NCBI RefSeq assembly: GCF_001194135.2
Contig: NC_068999.1
Coordinates: 24,419,520-24,483,519 of the forward strand
Reading direction: 5' to 3'
Length of the DNA stretch: 64,000 nt
DNA from: Octopus bimaculoides
Taxonomy: Eukaryota
Both the position numbers and the translations under genes were made by a program. This document shows, piece by piece, positions 38,881-50,434 of this stretch. The notes beneath the pieces are model-generated. The model saw only the letters and a program-made list of their open reading frames with translations, was not told the DNA's origin and searched no databases. The first letter of the stretch is position 1; every line of letters begins with the position of its first letter.

Positions 38881-40212
38881 TTAGAAGAGGATGTGTGGCG
38901 TTCAATCATATAATAATGGAAATAATGTATATATGTATATATATATGCGTATATACATACGTATATGTACATACTTACATCTATATGTATATGTATATGC
39001 ATATATGGCCATAAGATGTCACGAAATGTGTACAACAGAAAATATGAAGTACGAGTACATGGAACATGAACCATTTTTTCAAACAACGAAAGACACAAAT
39101 AGAAAACAAGACAACACAAACAACGACCCTTCATCAGTTGTTGGCTGTTTTTCTGCTCTTGTATTTCGAGCATTTAACAACAATATATGCTTTTGATAAA
39201 ACAGTTGCTCTCGCAAAGCAAATTAAATAAAATTTGGGACTTTGCAGAGGGTCAAAATTGGTAACACAAACAGGACAATGAAAACAAACGGGAAGGGCTG
39301 CTGAGCCTAAACGAGGTTGTGGTGGTGAATGCATAAATCAAGCTTGGACATGAGACAGACAAGAACACATCTTCCTTGATGCAGCTACAACAGAGACCCA
39401 CTACACTCTTAGAGTGGTTGGCATTAGGAAGGGCATCCAGCTGTAGAAACACTGCCAGATCAGACTGGAGCCTGATATGCCGAAACAGCTGTAAGATTAA
39501 ACTTCTGTTCATCCTCTAATTCCTTATGTACTTTGTACCTCTATATGTAAACCATGTTGGCAAAATAACATAGTCTGACATGNNNNNNNNNNNNNNNNNN
39601 NNNNNNNNNNNNNNNNNNNNNNNNNNNNNNNNNNNNNNNNNNNNNNNNNNNNNNNNNNNNNNNNNNNNNNNNNNNNNNNNNNNNNNNNNNNNNNNNNNNN
39701 NNNNNNNNNNNNNNNNNNNNNNNNNNNNNNNNNNNNNNNNNNNNNNNNNNNNNNNNNNNNNNNNNNNNNNNNNNNNNNNNNNNNNNNNNNNNNNNNNNNN
39801 NNNNNNNNNNNNNNNNNNNNNNNNNNNNNNNNNNNNNNNNNNNNNNNNNNNNNNNNNNNNNNNNNNNNNNNNNNNNNNNNNNNNNNNNNNNNNNNNNNNN
39901 NNNNNNNNNNNNNNNNNNNNNNNNNNNNNNNNNNNNNNNNNNNNNNNNNNNNNNNNNNNNNNNNNNNNNNNNNNNNNNNNNNNNNNNNNNNNNNNNNNNN
40001 NNNNNNNNNNNNNNNNNNNNNNNNNNNNNNNNNNNNNNNNNNNNNNNNNNNNNNNNNNNNNNNNNNNNNNNNNNNNNNNNNNNNNNNNNNNNNNNNNNNN
40101 NNNNNNNNNNNNNNNNNNNNNNNNNNNNNNNNNNNNNNNNNNNNNNNNNNNNNNNNNNNNNNNNNNNNNNNNNNNNNNNNATATATATATATATATATAT
40201 ACATATATATGT

Positions 40213-40632
40213 AGGTGCAGGTGCAGGTGTAGTAAGAAGCTTGCTTCCCAGCCACATCATTCCAGGTTCAGTCCCACTGTGTGGCACCTTGGGCAAATGT
40301 CTTCTATTATAGCCTCAGGCTGATCAGAGCCTTGTGAGTAGATTTGGTAGATGGAAACTGAAAGAAGCCCGTCATGTATATATATATATATGTATGTATG
40401 TACATATTTATGTGTGTATGCCTCAGTGTTTGTGTTTGTCCACCCACCATTGCTTGACAACTGATGTTGGTGTGTTTATGTCCCTGAAACTTAGTGGTTC
40501 GGCAAAAGAGAGCGATAGAATAAGTAGTAGGCTTGCAAAGAACAAGTCCTGGGGTTGATTTCTTCGACTAAAGGCAGTGCTCCGTCATGGCTACAGCCAA
40601 ATGAGTGAAACGTGTAAAAGAGTAAAAGAATA
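40213..40632 (+). mobile_element. SINE family A, full length with central (TA)/(TG) microsatellite
   Basis: Head gtaagaagcttgcttccc, CORE-like gtggcaccttgggcaaatgtcttctattatagcc, tail gtaaaagagtaaaagaata. Confidence 0.85.
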
Positions 40633-40663
40633 TATATACATGCATACATACACACATACATAC

Positions 40664-40706
<43 letters not shown>

Positions 40707-41722
40707 NNNNNNNNNNNNNNNNNNNNNNNNNNNNNNNNNNNNNNNNNNNNNNNNNNNNNNNNNNNNNNNNNNNNNNNNNNNNNNNNNNNNNNNNNNNNNN
40801 NNNNNNNNNNNNNNNNNNNNNNNNNNNNNNNNNNNNNNNNNNNNNNNNNNNNNNNNNNNNNNNNNNNNNNNNNNNNNNNNNNNNNNNNNNNNNNNNNNNN
40901 NNNNNNNNNNNNNNNNNNNNNNNNNNNNNNNNNNNNNNNNNNNNNNNNNNNNNNNNNNNNNNNNNNNNNNNNNNNNNNNNNNNNNNNNNNNNNNNNNNNN
41001 NNNNNNNNNNNNNNNNNNNNNNNNNNNNNNNNNNNNNNNNNNNNNNNNNNNNNNNNNNNNNNNNNNNNNNNNNNNNNNNNNNNNNNNNNNNNNNNNNNNN
41101 NNNNNNNNNNNNNNNNNNNNNNNNNNNNNNNNNNNNNNNNNNNNNNNNNNNNNNNNNNNNNNNNNNNNNNNNNNNNNNNNNNNNNNNNNNNNNNNNNNNN
41201 NNNNNNNNNNNNNNNNNNNNNNNNNNNNNNNNNNNNNNNNNNNNNNNNNNNNNNNNNNNNNNNNNNNNNNNNNNNNNNNNNNNNNNNNNNNNNNNNNNNN
41301 NNNNNNNNNNNNNNNNNNNNNNNNNNNNNNNNNNNNNNNNNNNNNNNNNNNNNNNNNNNNNNNNNNNNNNNNNNNNNNNNNNNNNNNNNNNNNNNNNNNN
41401 NNNNNNNNNNNNNNNNNNNNNNNNNNNNNNNNNNNNNNNNNNNNNNNNNNNNNNNNNNNNNNNNNNNNNNNNNNNNNNNNNNNNNNNNNNNNNNNNNNNN
41501 NNNNNNNNNNNNNNNNNNNNNNNNNNNNNNNNNNNNNNNNNNNNNNNNNNNNNNNNNNNNNNNNNNNNNNNNNNNNNNNNNNNNNNNNNNNNNNNNNNNN
41601 NNNNNNNNNNNNNNNNNNNNNNNNNNNNNNNNNNNNNNNNNNNNNNNNNNNNNNNNNNNNNNNNNNNNNNNNNNNNAATATAAAGGATCAAATATATAAA
41701 TATATAAATATAAATATATAAA

Positions 41723-41762
41723 GGCGACTCGAGTTTCAGGGCTATTTCCCTTCGTCATGGCC
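41723..41762 (-). ncRNA. Minimal type I hammerhead ribozyme motif (Penelope-like element type)
   Basis: Minus strand GGC-CAUGACGA-AGGG-aaauag-CCCU-GAA-ACUCGAGU-C-GCC. Helix I 3 bp, helix II 4 bp, palindromic helix III, GUC cleavage triplet. One extra or variant nucleotide in the CUGANGA box. Confidence 0.75.
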
Positions 41763-41951
41763 GGTATGACAGACTTTAATGGTGCCATCCATTTTTATTT
41801 TATTTTATTTTATATTATATATTGTATATTATATTATATATTGTATATTCCATATTCTATACCCCACATTGGTTTTGCAGGAATATAAATAAAACATAAA
41901 AAACAGACAGTGTTGGAAATCTTTTAAACTAAATAATATATATATATATAT

Positions 41952-42005
<54 letters not shown>

Positions 42006-42011
42006 ATATAT

Positions 42012-42044
<33 letters not shown>

Positions 42045-43512
42045 CACATACATATATATATACATACATACATACATATATATACATATACACACACACA
42101 CACACATATATGTGTATATTATATTATATTATATTATATTACACACACATACACACACACACGCATATGTATTATATGTATATATATATATTTAGTAAGT
42201 TTCAAGTTATACATTGGTTGATGAGTAAAAAAAGTCATTGTTGTTTTGTCATAGTCCTGAAAGAAATGACATATTTGGTATTGAATGAAGATACTGTTGG
42301 CTATCCCAGTTTTATTTTTAAATTCATATATTGACTTCTTGGCAAGAGAGAGTTGTCAAGTAAGTGTAAATCAAAGTCATTCGCATAGCTTAGTGAAAGC
42401 TCCTAATACGTCATCAGTCAACACATTGTCACACATTAGTTACAAATGACGCATGTTATGCAACTCCTCCTCCCTCTCCTCCTCCTCCTCTTCTTTTTCT
42501 TCCTCCTACACACAGAAATCATTCTTCTGTGAATAATGTTTATAGATTAATGTCTTTTGACGTTACAGAACAACTAACAGCATGAATCAAGTAGTGCAAA
42601 TGAACCGGACATAAAGGATTTCAGTTTTAGGTCAGACAATTCCTATCACATGAATCATTAACAAGTTGAACTTCTGTTTTAAGAAATATATTATAAAAAA
42701 TACATATGAAAATGAGAAAAAAAAATAAATGAAAATATTTATTAAAGTGGTACAATTTTTTTAATATTTGGTGTTAGTTTTTTTTTTGTTGGTGTGTTAC
42801 TTGGGTTTATTAAGCTACTGCTTAAGTTTGCAATCTATCTTAAAAGATTATCTATTTTGACTTGTCTTACATTTTGAGGGGGTGGGTGGGGGGTTTCTCA
42901 CAAAATTAAAATAGATTTTTAAAATATTCCTAAAATTCTGAACAAAGCTGCACAAGAAAATCTTCCTAAAAACAATATTGTTTTAGAATCTCTTAAAATA
43001 CAAAAAATAAACTCTGGCTCATTAAACAAAAGATCAACTTAATGGCTGGCTGTATCTGACATCCCTCCTCAGTGATTTCTGTAAGACTACTTTATTACCT
43101 TTGAAGAAACTAAAATATATAACATCTCTCCTTAGCAAACTCCTCAGATAACGAAGCAGGCCTCCTTGTGATGTACTTTGCTCATTTTTCTCTTTCTTCA
43201 GCATCTTTGAGGAGTTTAGCTTTTCCCATTCCCTGACTATGTTGACCAATTTTGTCTTACTTTTTCTTCACTTTCCTCCTTGTCTATTTAACTGATGTTA
43301 TCTAAGTCATCACTATTGAGAGTTCCTCCACTCTCATCAGAGTCTGTGATTTCTTTTTGTTTTTCAATGTCTCTTCAACAATTCATTTATTTTAAAATAG
43401 TAGGAGATATTCATCATCCTCATCTTCACTTATCGTCTGTTTTCCATGCTGGTATGGGTTGAACAGTTTGACAAACCTGGCCAGCTGAAGCAGGATGCAG
43501 GGGACATGCCGC

Positions 43513-43744
43513 TAAGCATTTTTCGCCCTGTGTGCTAATGATTCTGCCAGCTTGCTGCCTTAATAATGATGATGATGATGATTTGTAATTTAGGCTGAAA
43601 GCCTGTAATTTTGGTGGGGAAAAAAAGTTAGCTTGATATTGGCTGGGTTTGAACTCAGAACAGAAAGTGCCAGAATAAATACTGCAAGGCATTTGTCTAA
43701 TGCTAATGATGCTGCCAATCCAATAAGAATTCTTTGTAATGATG

Positions 43745-43815
<71 letters not shown>

Positions 43816-44290
43816 CCTTTCTAATATAGGCACAAAACCTTAAATTTTGGCAGAGGGATACTCCATTGGTACTTATTTTATTGAAACCCAAAAGGATGTG
43901 AAGCAAAATCAACTGGAATTTGAACTCAGAACATAAAGGGCCTGAACAAATTCCATTTAGCATATGTCTAGTGCATAATGGTTTCAAATTTTGGCACAAG
44001 GCCAGCGATTTTTTGAGGAGGGGTAAGTTGATTACATGGACCCTAATTCAACTGATACTTATTTTACTGATCCAGAAAGGATGAAAGACGAAGTCCACCC
44101 TGGTGGAGTTTGAATTTAGAACATAAAGATGGATGAAATGCTGCTAAGCATTTTCCCTGGCATTCTAATGATTCTGTCAGCTCACTGTCTTAATTATAAT
44201 GGGCAGCTTGAGGGAGAGGATTAAGTCAAATACATTAACCCCAGTGCATAACTGGTACTTATTTAATCGACCCCGAAAGGATGAAAGACA
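43513..44290 (-). mobile_element. Head-to-tail cluster of SINE family C copies around an (AAT)n tract (43743-43815)
   Basis: Repeated ctaagcattt...ctaatgattctg heads and tttgaactcagaac B-boxes, all on the minus strand. Confidence 0.75.
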
Positions 44291-44401
44291 AAGCTGTGTG
44301 CCTGGTGTACTCTTATCACATGGGTAGTCATGATGGGTATACTGGGCTTCATATATTTCACCCCAGTGTCACTTTGATGGCATGCACTGCTCTCTCACTC
44401 A

Positions 44402-44476
44402 ATAATAATAATGATGATGATAATAATAATAATAATAATGATAATAATAATGATAATAATAATAATAATAATAATC

Positions 44477-44507
<31 letters not shown>

Positions 44508-44554
44508 TAATAATAATAATGATAATAATAATAATAATAATAATAATCATCATC

Positions 44555-44590
<36 letters not shown>
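44402..44590. repeat. Compound (AAT)n microsatellite
   Basis: Directly visible; source of the poly-N, poly-I and poly-Y ORFs. Confidence 0.98.
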
Positions 44591-44591
<1 letters not shown>

Positions 44592-45589
44592 TAATGGAAA
44601 AACAATCAGCCATCTCTTATGTATAGATGATCTAAAACTGTATGCTACAAAAGATAAACAGCTGGAAACATTACTACAGACAGTACATGGATTTACCAAA
44701 GAAATAAACATGAAATTTGGCTTAGAAAATTGTGCCAAAGCAACCTTGAAAAGAGGGAAACTTAGACCAAAGCCAGACATACGAATACTTAGGAATCAAT
44801 GAACTAGATACGATACAATACACACAAATGAAAGAGAAGATAAGAAAAGAATACAATAAACGAGTTAGATTAATACTGAAAACAGAGTTAAATGCAAAAA
44901 ACAGGATAATAGGTATCAACATTCTAGCCATCCCAGTTATCAGTTACAGCTACAATATTCTTAACTGGACTCTAAATGAACTAATCAAAATAGACAGAAA
45001 GACAAGAAAATAATGACAGGATTTAGGATGCACCAAACAAAACCTGACATAGAAAGGTTATATATACAATGTATTGAAGGTGATAAAGGCCTTATACAGC
45101 TAGAAAACGATTACAAAATAACCACCTTAGGACCACAGAAATACCTACTTCAGAAGCAAGGGAAACTAATACAAATAGCCATAAAATTTGAACAAAACAA
45201 AAAACCGTTTTCAGTCTTTAAGGAAGCTCACAAATGCAAAAAAGAAGTCATTGTACCTAACAACTATGGAGAAAAAGAAGAAACAACAAAAGCTGTAAAA
45301 CAACTGAAATCCAAATTGAAACTGGAACAGCAATGAATCATGATAAAACAATGGCAAGAAAAGTCCCTTTATGGCAAATACTGGGTTAAACTAAACAGAA
45401 AAGAAATAGACAAAGCAAAATCCCAACAATGGCTGAAAAGCTCAGGACTCAAAGAAGAGGCTGAAGGATTTTTAATTGCAGCACAAGATCAAAGTCTTCC
45501 CACCAGAAATTACCAAAAACATGTAATGAGAAGAAATATAACAAGTAACTGCGGAATATATGATGATAGAAAAGAAACTCCCTGGTACC

Positions 45590-45940
45590 AAAAAAGTTCA
45601 GGCAGCTCCTAAGGGCCCTGAACAATGTACAAGTCTCACAACAATAGAGCAAGACAGGGAAGACCAGAGACTTCAAGACCTGAAACTTTGTCTTCCTGCA
45701 AAGATATTGGCAGGACCAAACACCCTTGTCCAATGAGTCCACAACTGCTCCAGCTTGTCCAAGTCTTTTTAGGACTTCTTGGAATCTCACTACTGAGATA
45801 AGTGAAGCAGTTAGCAACTTCAACATTCTCACCTGCAATAAAGACAGATAAGGTGGAGTCCTCAAAGAAACCAATGAAAGACTGGATATCTGTCTTGATC
45901 CAAGAGATCCTAAGGCTAACTGGTTCCACTTCCTAACTGA
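45590..45940 (-). pseudogene. RTE-clade LINE fragment inside the Dong-type element
   Basis: SWIKTDIQSF..GENVEVANCFTYLSSEI / EVLKRLGQAGAVVDSLDKGVWSCQYLCRKTKFQVLKSLVFPVLLYCCET. Confidence 0.85.
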
Positions 45941-45949
45941 GTAATAATA

Positions 45950-46195
45950 ATACTAATTGTTTCCAATTTTGGCAAAAGGCCAGCAATTTTGGAGGTGGTG
46001 GGAAATTGATTGCACTGACCTCAGTACTCAACCCCACCAAAAGAACAAAGGGCAAAGTTGCCCTTAGCAGAATTTGAACTCAGAACATAAAGATGAGCAA
46101 AATGTTGCTAAGCATTTTGTCCAGTGTGCTAACAATTCTGCCAGCTGTCTGCCTTAATAACAATACTTCTGCTGCGGCTGCTATTACTACTACTG

Positions 46196-46252
<57 letters not shown>

Positions 46253-46432
46253 CTTTCTACTATAGGCACAAGGTCTGAAGTTTGGGGATTAGTCAATTAC
46301 ATTGACTTCAGTGTCTCACTAGTTTTTAATTTATTGACCCTGAAGAGATGAAAAGCATAGTCGACCTTGGTGGAATTTGAAATCAGAACTTCAAGATGGA
46401 TGAAATACTGCTAAGCATTTTGCCTGGCATGC
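45950..46432 (-). mobile_element. Two SINE family C copies separated by (ACT)n (about 46190-46250)
   Basis: Family C motifs on the minus strand. Confidence 0.75.
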
Positions 46433-47308
46433 TACTGGGCACTGCAAAATTGCACTACTGGGCACTGCACACATCCTACGCAAAACACTTTCAATACAGT
46501 AACCATAAGAGCATCACAGCAAACCACAGCACATACCCAAGGCACACAGAGCTGCGCTCGGTAGTGAAGCGAAAGCACGCTATAAAAATAAAACTACTGA
46601 ATAATAATGATAATAATAACAATAATAATAATGATAATAATGAGCAGCAGCAGTAGTCGTAATAAGGAAGCAAGAAATTGAAAGCTATCAAAAGTTATCT
46701 GAAAATTGTAAGAGTACTCTCTGTTCCTAAAGGAATAAATTATAATTAGTAGTGGCAAATAAAAAAAACTCCAACAAGGAGTGTTTCAATTCTATCCACT
46801 GATTTCAGACAAATTTATTTTTTATGTTCCATGTCAAAGCCATAAAGAAACCGACCCCTGATGATTATCTATTTGGAAATAATGACCTTGAAATAGACTA
46901 TAATTAGGAATTATAGTCACAATTATTTAGACCTATATGCAGCTGTGCAGAGGCCCACCTAACAAAAATGTGATCATATTAGAATTTCTGAAAGTAAAAA
47001 TAATGATGAATAACAATAAGAGCATTGTAAAAAAAAAAAGAAAACAAAAGGGAGAGATTATGACAAGCAATCTTTGCTAAGATGTTAAGAGATTTGAGAA
47101 ATGAGTGTGCGCTGCTTTAATCATAATGAGCTTAATTGAAAGAAACCCAAAACAGCCTATTAGAAGATTAAGTAAGTCAGACAAAACTGTCAGTCATAAT
47201 AAAAAAATTTTAAAAACCCAGCGTGGATTACAAAGGAGACTTGACTAAGGCAGAGAAATTAGAATAGGAATGATGTAATTTATTAGATTGAATTTTTATA
47301 AAATGCTT

Positions 47309-47710
47309 GGTATGGCTGTGTGGTTAAGAAGTTTGCTTTACACCCACATTATTTTGGGTTCAGTCCTATTGTGCAGCACCTTAGGCAAGTGTCTCCTACT
47401 GTAACCCTGTGTTCACCAGTACCTTGTGAGTGAATTTGGTAGACGGAAACTGTGTAGAAGCCCATCATGTGTGTGTGTATGTGTGTGATACTTGAATCTG
47501 TCCTCTCTCACTGGTTGACAAGTTGTTGGTTTGTTTATGTCCCCTTTACTTAGCAGTTTAGTAAAAGAGGTTGATAGAATAAGTGCCAGACTTTAAAAAG
47601 AAAAAAAAAAAATGAAATACTGGGGTCAGTTTGTTTGACTAAACCCTTCAAAGTGGTGACCCAGCACAGTCCAATGACTGAAACAAATAAAAGATAAAAG
47701 ATCTAAGATA
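47309..47710 (+). mobile_element. SINE family A, full length
   Basis: Head, CORE-like motif, internal (TG)n and tail aaaagata. Confidence 0.8.
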
Positions 47711-47919
47711 AATCTTAACATAAGCCTAACCTTCATTTATCCAAGATAACCCTCCCCGACACTTTGTTCAAACTCTCACTTATTTTATGACTTGAATTGT
47801 CTAGTTGAAGCCTCTGTAATTTCTCCTTCTCAGTACTTTCTAATGTGTCCAAGTTAGAAGTCACTTTCAGCTTCTTAAACATTATTTATACTCCCACATG
47901 AAAAAAAAAATAGCTTTAT

Positions 47920-47921
<2 letters not shown>

Positions 47922-47957
<36 letters not shown>

Positions 47958-48518
47958 TTAACATCTGTTTTCCATACTGGGATGAGTTGGACGGTTTGAC
48001 AGAAGCTGGTAAGGCCAGGAACTGCACCTAGTTCCATTGTCTGTTTGACATGGTTTCTATGGTTGAATGTTCTTACTAATGCCAACCACTTTACAAAGTG
48101 TACTGAGTGCTTTTTTATGTGGCAAACAGCACCAACAGGATGACCAAGCAACTTGCAAGACAAAAGTCCTTGGCTTGGAGAAGGGTAGTAGTATTGAGTG
48201 GAGTGGCTTTGTGCCAGTCGAGAGATTAAAAGTATAGAGGGACAAGGATAGAAGTCTTGCTGTAGAGTAGATACATGGACAACTCAGTTGGAAAACAAAG
48301 GAGATTGAGTGAGAGAGTAAGATAAAGAGGGCAATAGTGCTGGTGACGATGATGTGTGGAGACATACCCTTGAGGGACATTGGAGGTGGTGAGAATAGGT
48401 GAGGTGAATCAGAGGGTTTGGACTGGGTGAGTGGGCAGTGTACAGGTGGTTGTAGTGAATAATGGAGTGGAATATAGGAGAGACTCAGAGGTGGAGGTTG
48501 TGGTAGATATGTGACGAC
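47922..48518 (-). mobile_element. RTE-type long 3'UTR with (GAT)n tail
   Basis: (atc)n at 47922-47957 followed by tttaacatctgttttccatactggg. Confidence 0.7.
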
Positions 48519-48915
48519 TATCGCCATTGTTGTTGTTGGCACTCCGTCGCTTACGACGTCGGGGGTTCCAGTTGATCCGATCAACGAAACAGCCTGCTCG
48601 TGAAATTAATGTGCAAGTGGCTGAGCACTCCACAGACACGTGTACCCTTAACATAGTTCTCGGGGATATTCAGCATGCCACAATGTGACAAGGCTGGCCT
48701 TTTGAATTACGGGCACAACAGAAACAGGAAGTAAGAGTGAGAGAAAGTTGTGGTGAAAGAGTACAGCAGGGTTCGCCACCATCCCCTGCCGGAGCCTTGT
48801 GGAGCTTTAGGTGTTTTCGCTCAATAAATACTCACAACGCCTGGTCTGGGAATCGAAACCGCAATCCTATGACTGCGAGTCCGCTGCCCTAACCACTGGG
48901 CCATTGCGCCTCCAC
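48519..48915 (-). mobile_element. SINE family B
   Basis: Reverse complement of 8361-8738. 14-bp TSD agatatgtgacgac at 48505-48518 and 48916-48929. Confidence 0.88.
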
Positions 48916-49144
48916 AGATATGTGACGACATTAAGGATGATAATGGATAAGCTAAGTGTTAATGATGGGGAATGACATAGGAGAGAGAAGGCACAGAAAG
49001 ATGGTGATTGGAGGAGACAGTGGGTGGGGGAAGATAATGGGAAATGGAAGTGAATTGTGGGGTGGGGTGAGGCAACTGGGAAAGCAGGAGGATGTAGCAT
49101 GTACCTGCTTTGCTCTCAGGTGATAGAGAAGTGATGGAACAATA

Positions 49145-49388
49145 ATTAGCAGCATTTTGTCTATCCTTACGTTCTGAGTTCATATTCCACCGGGGTTGAC
49201 TTTGCCTTTCATCCTTTTGGGGTTGGTAAAATAAGTACTAATTGAACATTGAAGGTCAATGTAATTGACTTGCTCCAAGCCCTCTGACCTTGTGCCAAAA
49301 TTTAAAACCAATATTAATATCATCATCATCATCATCATCATCATCATCGTTTAACGTCCGCCTTCCATGCTAGCATGGGTTGGACGAT
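49145..49388. mobile_element. SINE family C (+) abutting a young RTE 3' stub (-, 49320-49388)
   Basis: Family C body followed by (atc)n-gtttaacgtccgccttccatgctagcatggg. Confidence 0.7.
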
Positions 49389-49679
49389 ATGCAATATTAA
49401 AATATAAATGTAAAAGTTTAATAATGCCTAATATAAAGACATGAGTAAAATATTTTGGTTTCTCAAAGAAGGAAGATGATTTTTTTTCTTTTTCACTGTT
49501 TACAATCAACTTTTAATAAAATAAAACAAAGGAAGAATAAATATAACAATACAAGTGATTTGAAAATATTATTTGTTTATATTTATAGACAACACATTAT
49601 AAACAATATTGATAGCACACAGTCAAAACAAAATGTTTACTCGATCATTTTCTCCTGTAAAAACAAAATTGTTTTTGTT

Positions 49680-50085
49680 CTTTTATTTTTTATTCTTTTA
49701 CTTGTTTCAGTCATTAGACTGTGGCCATGCTGGGGTACTGCCTTGAAAAATTTTGAGTGAAATGATTCAACCCCAAGACTTAATTTTTTAAAGCCTTGTA
49801 CTTATTCTATTGGTCTCTTTTGCTGAACTGCTAAGTTACAGGGACATAAACACCAACACTGGTTATCAAGCAGTGGTTGGGAGGACAAATGATGCAAACA
49901 CAGACACACACACACACACACACACAATGAGCTTTCACTTTCCATCTACCAAATCCACTCACACGGCTTTGGTTGACCTGAGGCTATAGTAGAGGACATT
50001 TGCCCAAGGTGTCATGTAGTAGGACTGAACCAGGAATCATATGGTTGGGAAGCAAACTTCTTACTACACAGCCACGCCTGCACCT
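49680..50085 (-). mobile_element. SINE family A, full length (another 5' half at 50833-50982)
   Basis: Reverse complement of the family pattern with a central (CA)n. Confidence 0.8.
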
Positions 50086-50236
50086 ATCTCTCAATAAATA
50101 TGTTTTTTTTTTTTGTTTTTATTAATTCTTGTTAATCAATTCAAATAGTGCAATCCTGGGAGTATCATCAAAGGAATTACAAGACCTCGTTAACTGAGAG
50201 AAGATAATGATGCGTTGTGTTCACATCTAAATAATT

Positions 50237-50434
50237 GGGTTAAGCAAGAGTTATGTTCCTTAGCACAAAAGCCCGCCGCTGGGAATGTTGCAAGGCAAGT
50301 TTTCTGGAATGTGTGTATGGGAAATGTGTGAGTACAACCCCAGAACACACACACATTTCCAGAAAACTTGTCACCTTGCAACAGCCCCAAAGGCAGAGTT
50401 TTGGTGATAAGGGACATAACTCTTAACTGAACCC
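50237..50434. repeat. About 198-bp imperfect palindrome (probable MITE)
   Basis: Arms pair along their length, including aagagttatgt/acataactctt and aagttttctggaa/ttccagaaaactt. Confidence 0.75.

Larger units (their letters stand above)
44591..46600 (+). mobile_element. 5'-truncated R4/Dong-clade non-LTR retrotransposon, internally disrupted
   Basis: ISHLLCIDDLKLYA..MKFGLENCA..KEYNKRVRLILKTELNAKNRI..EGFLIAAQDQSLPTRNYQKH..CGIYDDRKET (44591-45590). C-terminus KIALLGTAHILRKTLSIQ* (46446-46502). 3'UTR then (AAT)n from 46600. Confidence 0.85.

Noticed and set aside
37869-41788. Long ORFs of 240-434 aa in the ORF track (also around 10958-11401, 55189-55695 and 57406-58253)
   Set aside because: They are open only because of N-gaps and TA/CA microsatellites.
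43426-44802. Poly-I, poly-N and poly-Y ORFs
   Set aside because: Translations of (AAT)n. Only the part after 44591 is genuine (LINE RT).
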